A DNA stretch of 64,000 nucleotides. Source: an uncultured bacterium (lineage in GTDB: Bacteria > Fidelibacterota > Marinisomatia > Marinisomatales > UBA1611). A program made the translations under genes and the position numbers. The stretch covers positions 352,001-416,000 of the forward strand of contig CALSPG010000005.1 of assembly GCA_943788175.1 (NCBI GenBank), given 5' to 3'. Every line of letters starts with the position of its first letter. Position 1 is the first letter of the stretch. Below are positions 58,088 to 64,000 of the stretch, in pieces. Under the pieces are notes generated by a model that saw only the letters and a list, made by a program, of their open reading frames with translations, was not told the DNA's origin and ran no database searches.

Positions 58088-59692
58088 ATGAACGATAAAC
58101 AAAAAATAAAATATCTAGAAAATAGAATTCATAGGCTTAATGAAATTGGGATGGCACTATCCACAGAATCTGATTCAAATAAATTATTTGAAATGATTTT
58201 AGAAGAAGCAAGAAATATTACAAATGCTGATGGTAGGACACTTTACAGCAAAGGCAAACAAGGAAATTTGAAGTTTGAAATTTTAAGAAACGATTCAATG
58301 AATACAACAATGGGGGGGAGCTCCAATGTTGAAATACCTTTTGACCCTGTTAAACTTTGGGTTGATGAATCGACACCAAACCAGAGTAATGTTTCTGCAT
58401 ATGTAGCGCTAACTGGTGAAACTGTAAATATTAAGGACGCATATCAAGAAGAGGGGTTTGATTTTAGTGGTACTAAGTCGTATGATCAAAAAACTGGTTA
58501 TCATTCTGAATCTTTTTTAACGGTACCTTTAAAAAACCATGAAGATGAAATTATTGGTGTAATGCAATTAATAAATGCTAGGGATGAAAAAAACGAGGTC
58601 ATTGCATTTGATAAAGATATGCAAGAACAGGTTGAATCTCTAGCCTCTCAAGGTGCTGTCGCACTAACAAATAAAAAGTTGGTTGGAGAATTAAAAACAC
58701 TTTTTGAGGCATTTATACAGTTAATTGCAACTGCTATAGACAAAAAATCTGAATATACAGGAGGGCATTGTTCAAGAGTTCCTGTTATTACAATGATGCT
58801 TGCTGATGCTGTTGCAAAGACTAAATCTGGTAAATACAAAGATTTTAGTATGACGGAAGATGAAAGATATGAACTTTATATTGCTGCTTGGCTACATGAT
58901 TGTGGAAAGGTTGCAACGCCGCCTCACGTGGTTGATAAGGGCACCAAATTAGAAACTATTTTTGATAGGATTGAACTTATAAAAACTAGAATGGAAATTC
59001 TAAAAAGGGATGTTGAAATAGATTTTTTAAAAAGACAATTAAATGGTTCTCTTCCAGTTTTTGACGAAGAATACAAAAATACGATTAAGAAGATTGATGA
59101 AAATATTAAATTTATTGAATCTTGTAATGTGGGTGGTGAGTTCATGAAACCTGAGTTGCAGGAAAGAATAATATCTATTTCTGAACAAAAACTGATTCTA
59201 AATAATAAAGAGATGAATATTTTGACAAAAGAAGAAGTTCGTAACTTAAATATTACAAAAGGCACTCTTTTGCCAGAGGAGAGAGATATTATAAATGATC
59301 ATATTTCTATCACTATTGATATGCTAGATCAATTACCTTATCCTAAAAATCTTAAAAATATTCCTGAATTTGCTGGAGGGCATCATGAAAAGATGGATGG
59401 GACAGGGTATCCAAAAGGTCTAAAAGCTGATCAGATGTCCCCGCAGGCAAAGATAATGGCAATTGCCGATATTTATGAAGCTTTAACTGCGGCTGACAGG
59501 CCATATAAAGATGGTAAGAAATTATCACAAGCTATGCGTATTATGGGTTTTATGAAAAATGACTACCATATTGATGATGACCTTTTTGAAATTTTTGTTA
59601 GTTCCGGTGTTTACAAAGAGTATGCAGATGAACATGTATCAATAAATCAAATAGATAAAGTTGATGAAAAATCTGTTCTGGGTAAAAGATGA
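58088..59692 (+). CDS. GAF + HD-GYP cyclic-dinucleotide phosphodiesterase
   Basis: GAF (FLTVPL..GVMQLIN); YTGGHCSRV, WLHDCGK, HHEKMDGTGYP, IADIYEALTAADRPYK. Confidence 0.93.
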   Translation: MNDKQKIKYLENRIHRLNEIGMALSTESDSNKLFEMILEEARNITNADGRTLYSKGKQGNLKFEILRNDSMNTTMGGSSNVEIPFDPVKLWVDESTPNQSNVSAYVALTGETVNIKDAYQEEGFDFSGTKSYDQKTGYHSESFLTVPLKNHEDEIIGVMQLINARDEKNEVIAFDKDMQEQVESLASQGAVALTNKKLVGELKTLFEAFIQLIATAIDKKSEYTGGHCSRVPVITMMLADAVAKTKSGKYKDFSMTEDERYELYIAAWLHDCGKVATPPHVVDKGTKLETIFDRIELIKTRMEILKRDVEIDFLKRQLNGSLPVFDEEYKNTIKKIDENIKFIESCNVGGEFMKPELQERIISISEQKLILNNKEMNILTKEEVRNLNITKGTLLPEERDIINDHISITIDMLDQLPYPKNLKNIPEFAGGHHEKMDGTGYPKGLKADQMSPQAKIMAIADIYEALTAADRPYKDGKKLSQAMRIMGFMKNDYHIDDDLFEIFVSSGVYKEYADEHVSINQIDKVDEKSVLGKR

Positions 59693-59991
59693 GTGCATTA
59701 GAGCAAAGGGAGATATTAAAAGAGAAAATATTTTCTCTGCAAGCTGAAGTCTCTAAGATTCTTAGTGTTGATAATGATGTTGATAAATTTTTGGATAACA
59801 GCACAATTTTAGATGAATGGGAAAAAATTATCCCTGACGCAGAGTATGGAATATTCGTAATTGCTATTTTGAATAATATCAAAAGAGAAATAATTATAGA
59901 CAAAATAGTGGACTCAATATTAAATGTTAGTAGCCCAAAGGATAGGGTGGAAAGAAAAAATAATCAAATCAAACATCACCCGTTTTGTTAA
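59689..59991 (+). CDS. Hypothetical protein, translationally coupled to the HD-GYP gene
   Basis: ATGA overlap; 100 aa; no family recognised. Confidence 0.65.
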   Translation: MSALEQREILKEKIFSLQAEVSKILSVDNDVDKFLDNSTILDEWEKIIPDAEYGIFVIAILNNIKREIIIDKIVDSILNVSSPKDRVERKNNQIKHHPFC

Positions 59992-60023
59992 TTGCAAACC
60001 GGTTTTAGATAAAATAATCATAT

Positions 60024-61817
60024 ATGAATATTGAAATAATTATTGTAATCGGAATACTTAGTGTTGGATTTTTTCTTTTTATAAAAGAATATTTCAGTAT
60101 TGACGTTACAGCTTTAATCATCCTTTCTTGTTTTTTTGGATTAGGATATTTAACGCCAACAGAAGCAGTTTCTGGATTTTCTAATCCGGCTGTAATTACA
60201 ATTGGGTTGTTATTTGTTCTTAGTAGTGCTATTCAAAAAACTGGTCTTTTAGAATATCTTGTCGTTACAATAAATAAATTATTGCAATCTTCAAGAACTG
60301 TTGGAATGGCAGCCTATTATTTTACAATTAGTATTACATCATCATTAATTAACAATACTGCTATTGTTGCAATCTTTATGCCTATTACAATTCGATTGGC
60401 CCATAGTTATAAAGTGAGTCCATCAAAAATGCTCATTCCATTAAGCTATGCTGCTATTTTAGGGGGTACTTTAACTCTAGTTGGTACATCTACTAATTTA
60501 TTGGTCAATTCAATTTACATGGGTTATGAGGGTGCAGAACCTTTAGGAATGTTCGAATTTTTCAAATATGGAATTTTTATTTTAATTATAGGTACAGCTT
60601 ATTTACTATTTATAGCACCAAAATTAATCCCTTCTAGAACATCGACATCGAGTTTAACCAAGAGTTATCATTTAGGTGGGTATTTAACTGAGATGAAAGT
60701 TAGAAAAAGATCTGTTTTAATTGGCAAGTCTTGTATAGATAGGTCAATTAACCAGAATTATGATGTTACTGTACTAGATATTATTCGAGATCAAAAACAT
60801 ATAGCCAATAATATTAGACAAACTATATTGAAAGAAAATGACATTCTTTTTGTGAGAGGGACATTAGAAAATTTCATTCGAATGAAAGAAGTTGAGGGCG
60901 TTACACTATTAACGGATGAGAAACTAACGCAATCAGAGCTGGAGCAAGAAGATAATGAACTGGTTGAATGTTTACTCACAGATGATTCTGACCTCGTTGG
61001 TAAAAGTTTAATGTCCACAAATTTTAGACAAATTTTTGGTGCATTCATTCTAGCTATAAGACGTGAAGGGGGTATCTTTAGAAAAAAAATTGCTCATATG
61101 AAACTTCATGCTTTTGATACACTGCTAGTTTATGGTCCATCAAAAAAAATATCTAACTTGTCTGAGCGAGGTGATTTTATTGTTTTAGGAAAAGTTCAAG
61201 CGAGGTTAATTAAAGAAAAATTTTGGTGGGTCAGCATATATGTGGTCCTAATATCTATTTTTTTTGCGGCTATTGGATTTATACCAATAATGAAGGGTGC
61301 TTTTATTAGCGTTGTTATTTTGTTGAGCTTAAAAATTATTTCTGCTCAAGAAAGTTATCAGTCTATTCATTGGCAAGTTATTGTGCTTATTGCTGCATTA
61401 ATACCAATTGGTATAGTCATTCAAAAAACAGGAACAGCACATTGGATTGGTAATAATATTTCAGATTTTATTTATTTATTTTCTGATGAAATTCAGCCTT
61501 ATGCTTTGATTGCGACCATTTATTTTATAACGATGATTTTAACAGAGATTTCATCAAACGTTGCCACTGCGATCATCATGGTCCCAATAGCGATTTCTGT
61601 TTCAACTCAATTAGGTTTTGAACCTAGACCATTTGTGTTTACAGTCGCATTTGCAGCTAGCTCATCCTTTATTACTCCCATTGGATATCAAACCAATTTG
61701 ATGGTCTATGGGCCGGGTGGTTATAAGTTTAGCGATTACATTAGAGTAGGGTTGCCATTATCGATTATTCTTTTTATAACAGCTATCATAGTTATTCCAA
61801 AGATTTGGCAATATTAG
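60024..61817 (+). CDS. SLC13/DASS-family permease with two TrkA-C (RCK_C) domains
   Basis: SGFSNPAV, LINNTAIV, GGTLTLVGTSTN, TPIGYQTNLMVYGPGGY. Confidence 0.92.
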   Translation: MNIEIIIVIGILSVGFFLFIKEYFSIDVTALIILSCFFGLGYLTPTEAVSGFSNPAVITIGLLFVLSSAIQKTGLLEYLVVTINKLLQSSRTVGMAAYYFTISITSSLINNTAIVAIFMPITIRLAHSYKVSPSKMLIPLSYAAILGGTLTLVGTSTNLLVNSIYMGYEGAEPLGMFEFFKYGIFILIIGTAYLLFIAPKLIPSRTSTSSLTKSYHLGGYLTEMKVRKRSVLIGKSCIDRSINQNYDVTVLDIIRDQKHIANNIRQTILKENDILFVRGTLENFIRMKEVEGVTLLTDEKLTQSELEQEDNELVECLLTDDSDLVGKSLMSTNFRQIFGAFILAIRREGGIFRKKIAHMKLHAFDTLLVYGPSKKISNLSERGDFIVLGKVQARLIKEKFWWVSIYVVLISIFFAAIGFIPIMKGAFISVVILLSLKIISAQESYQSIHWQVIVLIAALIPIGIVIQKTGTAHWIGNNISDFIYLFSDEIQPYALIATIYFITMILTEISSNVATAIIMVPIAISVSTQLGFEPRPFVFTVAFAASSSFITPIGYQTNLMVYGPGGYKFSDYIRVGLPLSIILFITAIIVIPKIWQY

Positions 61818-61823
61818 CTTTTT

Positions 61824-62955
61824 ATGAAAAATCTTTTTTTACTTGATCCAAATATCACGTATTTAAATCATGGTTCTTACGGATCCTGCCCTTCCTCAGT
61901 TTTCAATGATTATCAAAAATTGCAAAAAAGATTGGAGCAGCAACCCGTTCAATTCATGACTAAATATTTATGGAAGTATTTAAAAGAGTCTAGAGATACA
62001 CTTGGCACTTTTTTAAATTGTGATGGCGATGATTTATTGTTGTTTGCAAATCCTACGACGGCAATAAATAATGTAATTGAAAATTTAAATTTAAATAAAG
62101 GTGACGAAGTTTTGATGACTCAGCATGAATACGGTGCATTAGTTAGAGCTTGGTCAAGGTCATCAAAAAGAAATAATTTTTCGATAGTTCAGCAACCTGT
62201 AAATGTCCCTGTCAGTTCAAAGAAAGAACTTTATAAAACAATTTTTAGCTGGAATTACCGTGAATACGAAAGTTGTTTTCATATCACAGATAACTAGTCA
62301 AACTGGACTAATTTTTCCTATCAAAGAAATATGCGAATACGCAACAAAAAAAGGTATCGTTACAATTGTAGATGGTGCTCATGTCCCAGGACATATTGAC
62401 CTAAATATTAGTAATCTCGAATGTGATTTTTATACCGGTACATGCCATAAATGGCTATGTGCTCCGAAAGGTTCATCATTTTTGTATGTTAGAAAATCAT
62501 TTCAAGCGAACATAAAGCCTCAGGTAGTGAGTTGGGGAGAAGAAGGGGATGACCCTGGGCCTTCACAATTCCAAATGGACTTTCAATGGCAAGGAACCAA
62601 AGATATGAGCTCATTTTTATCTATACCGTCTGCTATTCATTTTATTGAAAGTAATAATTGGAAAGAGAATCATAAAATAAGTAAGGAACTAATTTTAGAA
62701 GTCTCAGAAGATTTAAAGAATTTATTTGGAACAAATCCACTTTTTAAAAGTGAAGATTGGGTAGGGCAAATGGTCAGCCATCCATTGCCTTCAAACACCC
62801 CGGAAAATTTAAAAGAAATGTTATGGGAAAAATTTTTGATAGAAGTACCTGTTTTTGAATGGAAAAAACAAAAATATATAAGAGTTTCTGCACATTTTTA
62901 TAACGATAGAAATGATATGAAAACTTTAATAAATGCATTGAAAATTATATTTTAA
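61824..62955 (+). CDS. Class V PLP enzyme (isopenicillin N epimerase/Egt2/cysteine desulfhydrase-like), one +1 frameshift near 62226 (about 376 aa if corrected)
   Basis: YLNHGSYGSCP and HEYGA in the first ORF; VDGAHVPG, CHKWLCAPKG, QGTKD and RVSAHFYN in the second. Confidence 0.87.
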
Positions 62956-62956
62956 A

Positions 62957-63631
62957 ATGATTTTTAAAAAAAAAGTCATCGTTTTAATACTACCTTTTGT
63001 TTGTCTATTTCAAAATAATATTCAGTCACAATCGATATCTATTTACCCTAAAGGCGAAAAAAAAATAAAGCTATATAATACTCATGATATAGTAAATGGA
63101 AGTGTTATTGTAAGTGATAGTGGCTTGATTAAAAAAGTAATACCCTTAAAGTCTATTAAGAAGATTAAATATTCTCAAAAATCTTATAAGCCCATTGGTG
63201 ATATTTTATTATCTTCTGGCAAATGGTTATTGAATTGCTCGTTATTTCCAGCGGTGATAGGATATCCGACGCTTTTTTATAGTTATGGAGTGGTTAGCTC
63301 AGCAATGATTGCTTCGGGTGTTTTAATAAATGAGGTTGGGTCTAGAATAGGCCGTAAAGTAATTACATATAAATTTAATGGACTTAATTATATCAATAGA
63401 GAATTGATATTTTCTTCGATTTTTGCTGATATGAAATTGTATGACAAAACTGATTCTAGCCTATCAGGTGAATATTATTATAAGCCAAATGGTAAAAAAA
63501 TCAATCTTCCAAGAGCAGATTGGTTTTTTGATTTCTCTGCAAAAAAAGAACCAGTAGGGATAGAAGCTTGGATAATAAAACATAAGTTGCGAGAAAAGAA
63601 ATTCTTGGAATTTGCAGGACCTAAAAAGTAA
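62957..63631 (+). CDS. Hypothetical exported/membrane protein
   Basis: 224-aa ORF with signal peptide and two hydrophobic segments. Confidence 0.6.
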   Translation: MIFKKKVIVLILPFVCLFQNNIQSQSISIYPKGEKKIKLYNTHDIVNGSVIVSDSGLIKKVIPLKSIKKIKYSQKSYKPIGDILLSSGKWLLNCSLFPAVIGYPTLFYSYGVVSSAMIASGVLINEVGSRIGRKVITYKFNGLNYINRELIFSSIFADMKLYDKTDSSLSGEYYYKPNGKKINLPRADWFFDFSAKKEPVGIEAWIIKHKLREKKFLEFAGPKK

Positions 63632-63638
63632 TTCTACA

Positions 63639-64000
63639 ATGAAGGTTATACTGTCAGCTCTTAAAGCGGAAGCTTTTCCATTAATTAATTATTATAAACT
63701 AATACCCAGTAATTCTATTGGCCTTCAAATGTACAGGAATGATTTGTTTACAATGCTAATCACTGGCGTAGGTAAAAAAAATGTCAACAAAACATTGAAA
63801 GAGTATTTAAAAAAAACTAAGAATATTGAAGAGGCTAAATTTATAAATATTGGGATTGCGGGAGGAGTGAAAGGAAATTGTAAAATTGGAGAAATGTTTT
63901 TCATAGATAAAGTTTTTGATGATTATTTAGAAGTTAATTACAATATTAAATCTGGGAACAGATCTAATCTTTTAGAAAATCGTGTCACAACTGTTTTTGA
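63639..64000 (+). CDS. Nucleoside phosphorylase (PNP_UDP) family protein, 3'-truncated by window edge
   Basis: Hand translation MKVILSALKAEAFPLI...LITGVGK...FINIGIAGG...KIGEMF. Confidence 0.75.
   Translation, partial: MKVILSALKAEAFPLINYYKLIPSNSIGLQMYRNDLFTMLITGVGKKNVNKTLKEYLKKTKNIEEAKFINIGIAGGVKGNCKIGEMFFIDKVFDDYLEVNYNIKSGNRSNLLENRVTTVF

Noticed and set aside
62203-62297. Aminotransferase as two separate genes
   Set aside because: The halves join into one typical enzyme of about 376 aa when one base is removed near 62226.

Overview
AT-rich bacterial chromosome segment made up mostly of core genes. The NYPNPFNP...KKMVL(M/L)K C-terminal sorting domains, SecA tail type and respiratory gene set suggest an FCB-group organism, probably Marinisomatota (SAR406); this placement is inference. 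In order: partial msrB, MBL hydrolase, FKBP PPIase, tRNA-Arg(TCT), a tandem-duplicated 76-aa basic protein, an Omp85 protein, secF/secD, parA-parB-M23-bactofilin, a complete atpBEFHAGDC operon, aspS, a TatT/TPR/lipoprotein trio, phoH-thiolase-ilvE-nusB-secA-Cys/Met lyase, and two large secreted proteins (multi-cohesin-like and YHYH) flanking tRNA-Leu(TAG). An ~18-kb respiratory cluster follows: heme o/a synthesis, SCO, a START-like repeat protein, a HEAT protein, Rieske/split cyt b/octaheme cyt c, CusF-SCO, an amicyanin-like cupredoxin, a ferredoxin and an A1-type aa3 oxidase. The window ends with a 1522-aa acyl-CoA ligase/kinase-like/GNAT fusion, a GAF-HD-GYP protein, an SLC13 permease, a class V aminotransferase and a partial nucleoside phosphorylase. 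Most notable: (1) near-identical acidic 'WGDD(E)DW' C-terminal tails on the multiheme cyt c and CoxB, with a very basic cupredoxin encoded between them; (2) the ACS-pseudokinase-GNAT fusion; (3) a five-cohesin scaffoldin-like protein; (4) the START + 4x basic repeat protein; (5) the 76-aa duplicated protein. Several single-base frameshifts (atpA, cyt c, CusF-SCO, aminotransferase) are probably consensus errors. No CRISPR array, IS element or prophage was seen.
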